The translations under genes were made by a program, and so were the position numbers. 64,000 nucleotides of DNA, taken from assembly GCA_902590435.1 (NCBI GenBank), contig CACIWU010000001.1, forward strand, positions 26,921 to 90,920, given 5' to 3'. Positions 18,292 to 28,526 of this stretch are shown one piece after another. The DNA comes from an uncultured SAR324 cluster bacterium (GTDB taxonomy: Bacteria > SAR324 > NAC60-12). Under the pieces are notes generated by a model. It saw only the letters and a list, made by a program, of their open reading frames with translations, did not search any database and was not told the DNA's origin. Numbering within the stretch: the first letter of the stretch is position 1; every line of letters begins with the position of its first letter.

Positions 18292-19632
18292 ATGAATTCA
18301 TCAAATGAAGGGAAAAAAACTATTTGTATTGTGGATGATGAAGTAGCGATTCGTGATACTCTTGAGAATGTTCTTTTAGATGAAGGATATAATGTACTTT
18401 CATGTAAAGACTCTAAAGACTTTTTTAAAATGTTGGAGAACAAAACTCCTTCTTTAGTACTTTTGGATATTTGGCTTCCAGGCATAGACGGAATGGCTAT
18501 TCTTAACAGGCTTCGTGGCAGTCATCCTACCCTACCTGTCATTATGATAAGTGGACATGCTGGTATAGATTCAGCGGTTAATGCAATAAAAATGGGAGCA
18601 GTTGATTTTATGGAAAAACCGTTGCGTCTTGAAATATTGCTCGACAAACTTTCCCAAGTACTATCTAAAAAACCTTCTGAAAAATTAAAAGATATTGCTT
18701 CAGACACCAGGATGGAAGTTGCAAAAATAATCAACCCAATTATTCCTTCTGGTGCTATTAGACTTAAAGATTCCAATCGTCCTCAGCGAACATTAAAAAA
18801 TAATGTTGTTTTAAATGGTAAAGGTCTTTTAACAGGGCGTAATACTGGAATTATTTTAAGTCCACTTGATGTTAATTCAGGTATAATTTTCCAAACTTTG
18901 GATGACAAATCCGTGCCGGCACATATCACAAACATAGAAAATTTCTCTCAATCTGTAGCAAAACAGTCTTTTTCTGCAAATTCAACAGTTTTAGCATGCG
19001 AAAATCGAAGAGTGATGACTGTAGAACATCTAATGGCTTCATTACATATGGCGGGTATAACTAACATATTAGCAAAAGTAGATGAAGAAATTCCAAATAT
19101 TGATGGATCTGCAGCTGATTTTAGTAAGCTTATCAGAGAAGCCGGAATTCAGGATCAGAGAGTCTTAGCTAAAGATGCAGTTGTTTTAGAACCAATCCAA
19201 GTAGGAAGAAAAAAATTGGATGAGAAACACCTTTTTGTAGAACCTTTTGATGGATTTGAGATTGATATGCGAGTAGATTTTTCAGATCCAATAGGGGAAC
19301 AAAAACTTATTTTTAATACAGAGATAGATTCTTTTGATAAGGATATTGCTCCCGCACGCTCTTTTAACACTTTTGAAAATATTGATATTGCACAAAAAAA
19401 AGGTACGGTTGGTAGTGGTTATTTAGATTCTCACATAATCATGCATGAAGGAAAAGTAATTAATACTGAATTAAGATATCAAGATGAATTTGTTCGTCAC
19501 AAAATACTTGATTTAATTGGTGACCTATACTTGCTAGGTTATTCTCTAAAAGGTCGAGTTGTAGCTAACATGACATCACATGGATATAATCAAGCACTAG
19601 TCCAAAAACTTCACGTTGCACTTACTACCTGA
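18292..19632 (+). CDS. lpxC: response-regulator receiver (REC) domain fused to UDP-3-O-acyl-N-acetylglucosamine deacetylase LpxC
   Basis: Residues ~8-125 are a CheY-like REC domain (IVDDE...LVLLDIWLPGIDG...MISGH...AVDFMEKP). Residues ~160-446 are a full LpxC domain with TVEHLM, EIPNIDGSAA, zinc/catalytic HKILDLIGDLY and C-terminal His. Confidence 0.8.
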   Translation: MNSSNEGKKTICIVDDEVAIRDTLENVLLDEGYNVLSCKDSKDFFKMLENKTPSLVLLDIWLPGIDGMAILNRLRGSHPTLPVIMISGHAGIDSAVNAIKMGAVDFMEKPLRLEILLDKLSQVLSKKPSEKLKDIASDTRMEVAKIINPIIPSGAIRLKDSNRPQRTLKNNVVLNGKGLLTGRNTGIILSPLDVNSGIIFQTLDDKSVPAHITNIENFSQSVAKQSFSANSTVLACENRRVMTVEHLMASLHMAGITNILAKVDEEIPNIDGSAADFSKLIREAGIQDQRVLAKDAVVLEPIQVGRKKLDEKHLFVEPFDGFEIDMRVDFSDPIGEQKLIFNTEIDSFDKDIAPARSFNTFENIDIAQKKGTVGSGYLDSHIIMHEGKVINTELRYQDEFVRHKILDLIGDLYLLGYSLKGRVVANMTSHGYNQALVQKLHVALTT

Positions 19633-19733
19633 AAATTGTTTCTTTTATAGGGGCAAACAAAATAAATTTAAAATCATTAAAAACTATTTTATTTAAATGT
19701 ATTCCACAGAACTAAATCCAAAACCTTAAAATT

Positions 19734-20156
19734 ATGCGTCATCAAGCACGATCATACGCACTTCAAGCACTATTTCAAGCTGATCTTCTCCAAAGCAAAG
19801 CAATGAAACACGCAGACCGTTTTTTTGATCAACTTGACACAAGTCAAGAGACAAAATCATTCGCTAGAGAACTTGTAGAAGGAACTCTAAAACATCGTAA
19901 ATATTTAGATCGTTATTTACGGCAAAATCTAGAAAACTGGAAGCTTAGCAGGCTATCTACAACAGTTAGAAACATATTACGTCTCGGAACCTATGAATTA
20001 TTTAACCATCCAGAAACATCGCACAGTGTAGTAATCAATGAAGCTATTGAACTTTGTAAGGATTTCGTAGACGATACTTCTCATGGTATCACAAATCGTG
20101 TCTTACAAAAAGTTTTTGACCAAATATCAAAAGAAAGGGAATCAAAAATAATTTAA
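19734..20156 (+). CDS. nusB: transcription antitermination factor NusB
   Basis: 140 aa. N-terminal RHQARSYALQALFQ and overall NusB-like helical pattern. Confidence 0.8.
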   Translation: MRHQARSYALQALFQADLLQSKAMKHADRFFDQLDTSQETKSFARELVEGTLKHRKYLDRYLRQNLENWKLSRLSTTVRNILRLGTYELFNHPETSHSVVINEAIELCKDFVDDTSHGITNRVLQKVFDQISKERESKII

Positions 20157-20247
20157 AAAAAAACATCTGAGTTGCCTAGATTCCGCTTGAGAAAGAATAA
20201 CTCTTTTTGAAAATTATTTTTCAAAAATTCACTTTTAGCAAAGTTTT

Positions 20248-20745
20248 TCACTCTCTTATTTCTGCCAAATTATTCAATTTTTCTCCCGTCAAACGATACA
20301 TAGTCCATTCTTTCAATGAATAGGCTCCAATATTTTCATAAAAATCCATTGCTTTTTTGTTCCAGTTAAGAACAGACCAATCCAATCGACCTCCATCGAC
20401 TTCTTTCACTCTTCTAGCCAAATTGCATAACAATGCCTTCCCTATGCCTTTTCCCCTTTCACTTTCTCTCACAAAAAGATCTTCTAAATAAATTCCTGTT
20501 CGGCCTAAAAATGTAGAAAAAGAAAAGAAATACAAAGCAAAACCTAAAACTCTTTTTTTGTCAAAAGCTATAATTACTTCAGCACGAGATTTAGGCCCAA
20601 ATAAAGTTTTTTTTAGCAATTCTTGAGAACTTACCACCTCGTCCAAGAGATTTTCATATTCAGCAAGCTCTTTAATTAATTCCAATATTACAGACACGTC
20701 TTTAATAGTAGCTTTTCTAATTTTAAAGTGTTTTTTTTTATCCAT
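20248..20745 (-). CDS. GNAT family N-acetyltransferase
   Basis: 165 aa. Acetyl-CoA binding motif region RGKGIGKALL. Confidence 0.6.
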   Translation of the reverse strand: MDKKKHFKIRKATIKDVSVILELIKELAEYENLLDEVVSSQELLKKTLFGPKSRAEVIIAFDKKRVLGFALYFFSFSTFLGRTGIYLEDLFVRESERGKGIGKALLCNLARRVKEVDGGRLDWSVLNWNKKAMDFYENIGAYSLKEWTMYRLTGEKLNNLAEIRE

Positions 20746-20762
20746 AGTCTTTTTTAGAAAAC

Positions 20763-21596
20763 TTAATATTGATTAATAATTTTTTCATAATATTCTGCCT
20801 CTTTTGTTTTTCCTCTTTTTTTAAAACCATGTGCCAAAATTTTACATTTTTTTCTAAGCACTTTTTTAGCGGCAATAATATCTTTTTGAAGTAAATTTTC
20901 TTTATCCAAAAGATTTTTTATTGATTTTATTCTATATCGATCAAAACCCCAATCACTTTTTGACAGTTGGTCGGCATGCCCACCGAACCTCGTCATTAAT
21001 TTTTCATTTAATAACGACACCTTATACTTATAAGTTAAACGTAACCATAGATCGTAATCTTCACATACTGGAAGTTTTTCATCAAACATACCATGAAATT
21101 CCATAAGCTCTCTTTTAAGTAGAACAGATGATGGTGAAATTATGCATAGTTCTAGACTTGGCTCAAAGATCCACCCTTCTCTTTTTTGATGTTTTTTTTT
21201 GGGATTAACCCTGATTCCATTTCTGATCCAAATTTCATCAGTATAATGAATTGGACACTCAGGAAAAATATTAATTTGATCAATTTGTTTTTGTAATTTT
21301 TTAGGGTGCCAATAATCATCAGAATCTAAAAAAGCAAGCCATTCACTGCTGCTATTTGAAATAGCTTCATTCCTTGCTTTACTAACTCCAAGGTTTCTAT
21401 CAAAAATAATAGAGCGAATTCTTCCAGAATAATTTTTTAGAAATTCCGATGTCGAATCTGTTGAGCCGTCATCTACCACGACCAACTCAAAATCTTTAAA
21501 TGTCTGTCCTAAAACCGAATCTAAAGAACTTTTCAACCATTTTACTCTATTCCAAGTAGGTAAGATTACTGTTACTAGAGGCATGGATGATTCCAA
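20763..21596 (-). CDS. glycosyltransferase family 2
   Basis: VTVILPTWNR...ELVVVDDGSTDST N-terminal GT-A signature, DSDD (DxD) motif. Confidence 0.75.
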   Translation of the reverse strand: MESSMPLVTVILPTWNRVKWLKSSLDSVLGQTFKDFELVVVDDGSTDSTSEFLKNYSGRIRSIIFDRNLGVSKARNEAISNSSSEWLAFLDSDDYWHPKKLQKQIDQINIFPECPIHYTDEIWIRNGIRVNPKKKHQKREGWIFEPSLELCIISPSSVLLKRELMEFHGMFDEKLPVCEDYDLWLRLTYKYKVSLLNEKLMTRFGGHADQLSKSDWGFDRYRIKSIKNLLDKENLLQKDIIAAKKVLRKKCKILAHGFKKRGKTKEAEYYEKIINQY

Positions 21597-21923
21597 TTTT
21601 TTAAAATAAAATAATAAAATAACTAGTATTTATTTTTTTTAATTTAGTCTAATTGCATCAAAATAAATTTATATATTCTATGAATTAAAAACTACTTTAG
21701 TTAACAGGGGGGGAAACTATCACATTCTAAGAATATATTAAACCAGTTCTCTAAATATATTAAATATTTATAAGAATGAAAAAATTTATTTGGGTTTATA
21801 ATATTAAATCTAATTTTAAAATTAATGAATAGATGAACTTGAAGAATTAAATTCAAGGAATCGGTTAAAATACTACTTAAAATAGATTATTTAATTAAAC
21901 TTATAAAAAGTCACATCTTAAAT

Positions 21924-22499
21924 CTATTCTATACGAGATTTAATAAAACCCATTAATTCCTTACTAGACCAATCTCTAATTCCTAAAGCTCTTCCTAAGA
22001 TAATGCCTTCTGGATCAATCAAAAAAGTAACAGGTATGTTTTTAACATTATAAAGTTTAGTTATTTCCATATTTACATCTGAAAGAAGCGGAAAAGTTAA
22101 ACTATTTTTTTTAGAAAATTTTTTTATCTTTTCTACATTTTCTCCCATTGCAACAGCAAGAATTACTAGATTCTCTTCTCCCATAATCTGAAATGCTTTT
22201 TCCAAATCTGGCATTTCCTTCAAACACGGATAGCACCATGTCGCCCAAAAATTTAATAATACAAAACGACCTTCAAAATCTTTCAAACTAACTGATCGAC
22301 CGTCAGACATTTCTGTTGAAAAATCATTTGCCTTAAGCCAAAATTTTGCTGGGGTGATTCGTAAATTCTCCAAAATTTTTTTTTCGTCTATAGACAAAAC
22401 TAAATTTTTGCTGTTGGATGCTAACAAAAAATTTAATGATAAAAAAAACAACACCCACAAAACAAAATTTTTGATAATAATTGATCTGAATCTTTTCAT
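21924..22499 (-). CDS. TlpA/ResA-family periplasmic thiol-disulfide oxidoreductase
   Basis: Signal/anchor peptide. Thioredoxin motif FWATWCYPC. Confidence 0.75.
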   Translation of the reverse strand: MKRFRSIIIKNFVLWVLFFLSLNFLLASNSKNLVLSIDEKKILENLRITPAKFWLKANDFSTEMSDGRSVSLKDFEGRFVLLNFWATWCYPCLKEMPDLEKAFQIMGEENLVILAVAMGENVEKIKKFSKKNSLTFPLLSDVNMEITKLYNVKNIPVTFLIDPEGIILGRALGIRDWSSKELMGFIKSRIE

Positions 22500-22609
22500 A
22501 ATTATTTTGATAAAAATTCTAATTATTAAATTACTAAATTTTTTAAATTAATTATTTTTCAATTACAAACATATATTATAATCAAAAAAAAAATTTAAAC
22601 AATTTGCAA

Positions 22610-23689
22610 TCACATTGTTTGTAATTTTAATTTACGCACAGGAGGCCAATTGTATATTACTCTCACGTAATCAAGGTTTTCAATAAATCCACTTTTTTGC
22701 AAAAAATCTGAAAAAGCTATTTGTCCATCAGAGTCTCCTATTGCCAGTATTATCAATGCATCACGAAATTTATCTAAGAATTTTGGAGGTGGTAAATCAG
22801 GGAATCCCCATGCGGGCCATTTTTTTATATGACGACCCTCTGCACCTTGACGATTGTCTAGAAAACCTAATATTCTTACTCCTCTATTTTCGAAACTTTT
22901 TGCAGCCTGCCTCCCTGTAGGTCCAGAACCAACTATTAACACTCCTCTGCGGTTTTTTAATTTTCCAAATTCTAGTAGATAGTGAACTTTTGCTTCAAAC
23001 ATAGCAGGTCTTTTATAAATATAATCAGATCGAGAAAGACGTTTAGGAGAATGATACTTATTCAAAAGAACACTCGGATGCTTGCCAAATTTTGCCCCTC
23101 TTCCGTATGCTTTAAAAATAATGTCATAATCTTCTGCCCATTCATTATTAGAATAACCACCAATTTCATAAAACAATTTTTTTTTTGCAAAAAAAGTTGG
23201 ATGTATTATCGGAGATTCTGCAAATAAATCAGACTCTATTTGCTCATGAGTTTTAAGGGCGTTATTCCATGATTGATATCTTATAATACTTTCCGAAAGT
23301 GAACCTTTATCAGTAAACCCTCCTACCATACAACCAATAAGGTCTAAAGTCTGATTCTTTTTTAAAAAATTAACTTGCTTTTCCAATCTGGTTCTATGCA
23401 TCCTATCGTCTGCATCCATTCGAGCAACAAAATATCCTTTACACTCGGTCAAGCCTGTGTTTAGTGCAGATACAATTCCTCTTGGTTCCGTCCTGAAAAC
23501 TCTAATTCTAGGATCTTCCCTACATGATTTTTCAAGCAAATAAGGAGTATCGTCATCCGAACCATCATCGACAATAACAAGCTCATAATGATTTATTGTT
23601 TGGTATTTAATATCATTCAAACAATTTTTTAATTTTAAAAAGTCATTACGAACTGGTATTATAATTGAAATTAAAGTTTTGGATTTCAA
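22610..23689 (-). CDS. glycosyltransferase family 2 with extra ~130-aa C-terminal Rossmann-like domain
   Basis: ISIIIPVRND...ELVIVDDGSDDDT, DADD motif. C-terminal GVLIVGSGPTGRQAAK... nucleotide-binding-like segment. Confidence 0.7.
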   Translation of the reverse strand: MKSKTLISIIIPVRNDFLKLKNCLNDIKYQTINHYELVIVDDGSDDDTPYLLEKSCREDPRIRVFRTEPRGIVSALNTGLTECKGYFVARMDADDRMHRTRLEKQVNFLKKNQTLDLIGCMVGGFTDKGSLSESIIRYQSWNNALKTHEQIESDLFAESPIIHPTFFAKKKLFYEIGGYSNNEWAEDYDIIFKAYGRGAKFGKHPSVLLNKYHSPKRLSRSDYIYKRPAMFEAKVHYLLEFGKLKNRRGVLIVGSGPTGRQAAKSFENRGVRILGFLDNRQGAEGRHIKKWPAWGFPDLPPPKFLDKFRDALIILAIGDSDGQIAFSDFLQKSGFIENLDYVRVIYNWPPVRKLKLQTM

Positions 23690-24918
23690 AAATTTCTTTC
23701 TGTAAATTCTGTTGATAAAAGTAATTTAAGTATTTTATCTCTATTATTTTTTTGTTGATTTAGAAGAATAACAAAATAATGTTTTTCTTTACCAGAAAGA
23801 TAGCCTGCCATTGTATATACTCCACTTAATGTCCCCGTCTTTAAAAAAACTCCCTTCTCATTTTTTAATAAATATTTCTCTTTTGAGAATGCTTTTAACA
23901 TCAACAAGATCGCTTTCGAAGTAAGACGATTTTTACGGGAAATCCCAGAGCCTTCCTTAACAACAAATTGACCTGTTGGAATTTTTAACACTTTACCCAA
24001 ATATTCTCTTATTGCCCTATTCCCTTTCCCCAAAGTAGAAGGGGGACCATATCTCTCCAAGCCAATGCTTAATAATAGTTGATTAGCCGTAAAATTGTTT
24101 GAATAACGCATCATACCCGCAATTATTTCTGATAATGTTATTTTATTAATATGCGTGTATATAAGACTATCTTCAGAAATAACTGATTTAATATTAGTTT
24201 TTAAATAATCAAAAGAAATACCTTCATTCCTCAAAAAAGCTCTTATAACCTCTCCTGCATAATGAATTTCTTGCCCATGGGGAAGGCTAATACGGTGTGA
24301 TCCGGTTGACAATTTTTCACCTAATCTCCTAGCTAAAGGAGTTAAGGGAGTTTGTTTTTCCGCTGAGTAAATAAGACCATTAGATGCAATTTTAAGATAT
24401 ACTGTATTGAAATTTACTACTAATGCTCCATTCCTAGCATCATACGGATTTTTAGAATATTTAATGCCTGGAATTATTATTTTTTCACTAAAAAGTGAGT
24501 TGTCAAAATACAATTTATGAATTTTTTTTGGCATTCCTGGCAATTTGCTGAGATTTTTAGAAATACTTCTCCAAGTTTCAGAAACTAAAAACGGATCTCC
24601 TCTGCCTCTTATAATAAGAGATTTTTTTTTGTTTAAAAAAAAATCAGTTCTAAATTGAAAATTAACCCCTAAATAATGTTTTGCTGCTAACGCAGTTGCA
24701 ATTTTTAGAACAGATGCTGGAATAAACTTAAAATTATTTTTCGGTGGATACTGATATAACACTTTTTGATCATTCGCAACCAAAACACTTCCATTATTTA
24801 TCAAAAATTTTAATTTTGAATTTAAATTTCTCTGATGGTAATTTTTAGCACACAATGTGGAAGGTATTAAAAGAAAGCATAATAAAACAAATTTTGATAA
24901 AAGTATTTTCCCTTGCAC
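23686..24918 (-). CDS. D-alanyl-D-alanine carboxypeptidase/endopeptidase, PBP4 (S13) family
   Basis: Signal peptide. SxxK (SVLK), SxN (YSNN), KTG (LKTGTL) motifs in correct order. Confidence 0.7.
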   Translation of the reverse strand: MQGKILLSKFVLLCFLLIPSTLCAKNYHQRNLNSKLKFLINNGSVLVANDQKVLYQYPPKNNFKFIPASVLKIATALAAKHYLGVNFQFRTDFFLNKKKSLIIRGRGDPFLVSETWRSISKNLSKLPGMPKKIHKLYFDNSLFSEKIIIPGIKYSKNPYDARNGALVVNFNTVYLKIASNGLIYSAEKQTPLTPLARRLGEKLSTGSHRISLPHGQEIHYAGEVIRAFLRNEGISFDYLKTNIKSVISEDSLIYTHINKITLSEIIAGMMRYSNNFTANQLLLSIGLERYGPPSTLGKGNRAIREYLGKVLKIPTGQFVVKEGSGISRKNRLTSKAILLMLKAFSKEKYLLKNEKGVFLKTGTLSGVYTMAGYLSGKEKHYFVILLNQQKNNRDKILKLLLSTEFTERNF

Positions 24919-24982
24919 TCGACGTAGCTTCTGATTAGGATTAATGTAATATAAAAAAATTATTTATCTCAAAAAAGGCACT

Positions 24983-26065
24983 ATGATCTCAAAGAAAATA
25001 CTTGTTATCCCTGGAGACGGTATCGGCCCTGAAGTGACTGCTCCTTCTATTCAAGTTTTAAAGCAAATAGCATCGCAATTTGATATTCAATTGGAATTAA
25101 CAGAAAAATTAGTTGGTGGAGTAGCATATGATTTGACTGGTACTCCAATTCCGGATGATACACTCGATGCCGCAAAAAACTCTGATGCAATTCTACTAGG
25201 TGCAGTTGGTGGGCCAAAATGGGAACCTCTGGATTTTTCTGTAAGGCCAGAACGCGGTTTATTGAAATTACGCTCTGAATTAGAATTATACGCAAATTTA
25301 CGTCCTGCAGTAATATATGGAGATTTGGTAAATGCTTCAACACTTAAACCAGAAGTTGTAGATGGTGCTGACTTAATGGTAGTGCGAGAATTAACTGGAG
25401 GGATTTACTTCGGTGAACCACGTGGAGTAGAATTAAGAAATGGTGAACGTGTTGGTTTTAATACTCTGATTTACTCTGAATCGGAAATTAGAAGAATAGC
25501 AAAAATTGGTTTTGAAATTGCCATGAAACGCGGTAAAATACTAACTTCTATAGATAAAGCTAATGTTTTGGAATCAACAGAATTATGGAGAGAGATTACA
25601 ACTGAAGTTGGTAAGGATTTCCCTGAAGTTAAACTAGGGCATATGTATGCAGATAATGCCGCAATGCAGATTATTCGTAATCCAAAACAATTTGATACAA
25701 TGGTCACAACAAATATGTTTGGTGACATTCTAAGTGATGCAGCAGCTATGATGACTGGTTCTCTTGGAATGTTGCCTTCAGCAAGTATTGGTGGAGGAAA
25801 CGGAATGTATGAACCAGTGCATGGTTCTGCTCCAGACATAGCTGGTAAAGACAAAGCCAACCCTCTTGCGATGATTTTGTCAGTAGGCATGATGCTCCGA
25901 TATTCTTTTGATTTAATACATGCTGATGAACTCATTAAACACTCCGTTGTTAAAACTCTTGAGAACTACCGTACAAAAGACATTATGGCTGAAGGCAAAA
26001 AACTTGTGGGATGCAAAGAAATGGGAGAGAGAGTTCTCCAATCTCTGGAAAAAAAATACAATTGA
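24983..26065 (+). CDS. leuB: 3-isopropylmalate dehydrogenase
   Basis: 360 aa. [36 protein letters not shown] signature blocks. Confidence 0.9.
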   Translation: MISKKILVIPGDGIGPEVTAPSIQVLKQIASQFDIQLELTEKLVGGVAYDLTGTPIPDDTLDAAKNSDAILLGAVGGPKWEPLDFSVRPERGLLKLRSELELYANLRPAVIYGDLVNASTLKPEVVDGADLMVVRELTGGIYFGEPRGVELRNGERVGFNTLIYSESEIRRIAKIGFEIAMKRGKILTSIDKANVLESTELWREITTEVGKDFPEVKLGHMYADNAAMQIIRNPKQFDTMVTTNMFGDILSDAAAMMTGSLGMLPSASIGGGNGMYEPVHGSAPDIAGKDKANPLAMILSVGMMLRYSFDLIHADELIKHSVVKTLENYRTKDIMAEGKKLVGCKEMGERVLQSLEKKYN

Positions 26066-26169
26066 GGTATTCTTTCTCAAAAGTAAAATTTTTTTTATAC
26101 AGACTCCGCTTTCAAGGAGTAAAACTGAAGTCTCGTTTTTCCAGAATAATACAACTGTTAATTGAACTA

Positions 26170-27345
26170 ATGGTTACAAACTGGCTGCTTAAAGGTCAGT
26201 CTTTGTCGAGTTTTTTTAGAAACGCCCATCCAAATTTACTTCTTCAAAAAAAAACCTTACTAGAAAATTATAAAAGTAAGACAGTTATCTTTTTCACATT
26301 CAGGACACTTCATTTTGTTGACTGGTTTGCTCCTATTCATTTGGCAATTCAACAAGATTTCCCTGGAAAGTATGAAATATTTTACATCGATTTCTCAACT
26401 ACTTTGCACCGAATTGGTAGAGGATTTGAATATATAAACTTTCAAAAACAAGTAGAGGAACGTCTTACTCAATTGGGAATTTCACATTTATATCATTTTT
26501 CTCATGAAGAGCTTTCAGATTTTTCTTCTCACCCAAATCCTTCAATTCTCATAACATGTGAATCAATAAGGCAAGAATCTTTTTCAGTTGAGGAGCGAAT
26601 TTATCTCCCTCACTATATTCTACCAAAGTCAAATGAAACAGATCTTCCATCAAACATAAGATTTAACCACGTATTTCTTCCTAGTATCCCTCCTTATTCA
26701 TACAGGCTTCTTAAAAATTCAAAATCAAAAACAAAATTTCATTATGTTGGATATCCAAAACTTTGCACAAGATCAGCACCTATAAATTCTTTCTTCGATT
26801 CTAACTTACCCGTAGTACTTTATGCCCCCTCGCTGGATCTTAAACTAATCTTTGACGCTATAGACAAAGGAATTTTAGAAATTTTCAAAGAGATGACATT
26901 TTGTAATATCATAATAAAACTTCACCCTTCTCTTGCATCAAGAAGACACTACATTACAACTTTTTTAAGTGAACAACTCAAACTTGAAGAGCACATTATG
27001 ATTGATGAGCTCTCTGGGATTCAAAGTTTAGCCACGGAATCTAAAATTTTGGTAGCAGATTTCGGAAGTATGGGAGGTGAATATAGGTTAAGGTTTGGTA
27101 AGCGGGTAGTTTTTCTTGAAACACCAAAGAAATATGAAGGTGGAGCAGATTTAATCTTTAGAGATGATTTTGCAGATTCAATATGTAATGTAAAAAACTT
27201 GGGGAATACAATTTCAAATTTGTTAAAAAAAGGGAATCTCTCGAAATCTGAATTAGAAATTATGCGTCAGAAAGTTTTAAGTTATACTGGAGAGTCTGAT
27301 AAAAAAGCAGCTAGATCCATTGACGAAATTTGCTCTAAAACATGA
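26170..27345 (+). CDS. hypothetical protein in glycosylation cluster (ORF open from 26011; internal ATG at 26170 avoids overlap with leuB)
   Basis: Long ORF, coding-like. No recognised motif. Flanked by envelope-sugar genes. Start uncertain. Confidence 0.45.
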   Translation: MVTNWLLKGQSLSSFFRNAHPNLLLQKKTLLENYKSKTVIFFTFRTLHFVDWFAPIHLAIQQDFPGKYEIFYIDFSTTLHRIGRGFEYINFQKQVEERLTQLGISHLYHFSHEELSDFSSHPNPSILITCESIRQESFSVEERIYLPHYILPKSNETDLPSNIRFNHVFLPSIPPYSYRLLKNSKSKTKFHYVGYPKLCTRSAPINSFFDSNLPVVLYAPSLDLKLIFDAIDKGILEIFKEMTFCNIIIKLHPSLASRRHYITTFLSEQLKLEEHIMIDELSGIQSLATESKILVADFGSMGGEYRLRFGKRVVFLETPKKYEGGADLIFRDDFADSICNVKNLGNTISNLLKKGNLSKSELEIMRQKVLSYTGESDKKAARSIDEICSKT

Positions 27346-27348
27346 ATT

Positions 27349-27711
27349 CTATTCACGATGAACCAGATCCAACGAAAATGCTGGTACACAAATGGACCAA
27401 TATTCAACTTCTTCTTCAAAGGGGTTTGAATATCTAACTCTACTTCCCTTTCTAATCAAAAGTGATTGACCTACCTTAAGAATAATTTTTTCATCATCAA
27501 TCTCTATTTTTTTTCGTCCTCGAATTACTAAAGTATATTCATCAAATTCAGGATTTTGAAAGGGTTCACTCCACCCTGGAGGAGCAACCATATGTGCAAT
27601 ACTATGTTCAGATTCATTGTTAACTTCCCTACCAATATGCTCTTCTATAAGTTTCCCATCAGTAGTTGGAACAACAAAAGGTTTATTTTGTAAAAAATAA
27701 GAATTACTCAT
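27349..27711 (-). CDS. small cupin-fold-like protein (hypothetical)
   Basis: 120 aa, beta-rich pattern. 11-nt gap to the nucleotidyltransferase gene, suggesting co-transcription. Confidence 0.4.
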   Translation of the reverse strand: MSNSYFLQNKPFVVPTTDGKLIEEHIGREVNNESEHSIAHMVAPPGWSEPFQNPEFDEYTLVIRGRKKIEIDDEKIILKVGQSLLIRKGSRVRYSNPFEEEVEYWSICVPAFSLDLVHRE

Positions 27712-27722
27712 ATTGTCCTCAT

Positions 27723-28526
27723 TTAAAATTCTTTTTTTGTTATTTTTGGATATATTTCTTTTATCGCCCTATCGTAATGTGATTGATCATCAATTTCCGT
27801 CCAGATTAAATCATCTACTCGTAAATATGGGATTTTTTCCCCTGCACATACATCAGATATACATTCTTCATAATGATAATTACAAGGGAATATTAGATTG
27901 GCTTCATGATGAGAGCACATAAAGCTAAAAAAACTCAGAGAAATTTTTGAAATTCCAACTAACTCACCCTTAATTGACCAATTTTTTCGAGGATGTTTTG
28001 AAATAGCTTTAATTTCTCCAAAAACTGTATCTGATTTTGACTCTAGTACTACAAATTTTTCATTATCTTCTCCGTAAATATAAACTTCATCTTTAGATCC
28101 TGTTTTACCAGAGGAAAGCACTACATCTGATCCTTCAAAATTTAATACTGATTTCAATGCGTAAGCTTCGTATAGTAAATCAGATTCTAGTAATAAAAAA
28201 TCTTCCCTCAAATAATTCCTTGCTACATATAATGAGTGCATGCTCCCAGTTTCAGCATATCGAGGGCTATGTACAAATTCTAAATTAGGAATATTTTTTT
28301 GGTTCTTCAGATGATTGTAATACAATTCATTCTGAAACCCAGTTACAAATATAACTTTTTCAATCCCTTCTTTTTTCAATAATTTTAGGGAACGATCAAT
28401 CAGGGATTCTCCATTTATTTCCAGTAATCCTTTCGGACAAAAACCTATCACTTCCCGCAAACGTATACCCATACCTGCTGCAAGAATTACAGCGGTATTT
28501 ATTTTTGAAAATTTTTTTTTTTTCAT
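27723..28526 (-). CDS. sugar-phosphate nucleotidyltransferase (NTP_transferase family)
   Basis: N-terminal AVILAAGMGIRLREVIGFCPKGLLEING signature of GlmU/LicC/RmlA-type nucleotidyltransferases. Begins MKKKKF encoded by an A12 run. Confidence 0.7.
   Translation of the reverse strand: MKKKKFSKINTAVILAAGMGIRLREVIGFCPKGLLEINGESLIDRSLKLLKKEGIEKVIFVTGFQNELYYNHLKNQKNIPNLEFVHSPRYAETGSMHSLYVARNYLREDFLLLESDLLYEAYALKSVLNFEGSDVVLSSGKTGSKDEVYIYGEDNEKFVVLESKSDTVFGEIKAISKHPRKNWSIKGELVGISKISLSFFSFMCSHHEANLIFPCNYHYEECISDVCAGEKIPYLRVDDLIWTEIDDQSHYDRAIKEIYPKITKKEF

Noticed and set aside
20196-20222. Palindrome TTTTTGAAAATTATTTTTCAAAAA between nusB and the GNAT gene as a bidirectional terminator
   Set aside because: The stem would be entirely A-U pairs and thermodynamically weak. 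Not convincing as an intrinsic terminator, although it may still pause transcription.
24590-24660. T10 and A9 runs inside the PBP4-like gene and other A/T homopolymers of 8-10 nt across the window
   Set aside because: Expected frequency in a ~32% GC genome. They encode Lys/Phe runs in frame. Only the A12 at a gene start and the G7 tract stand out enough to report.
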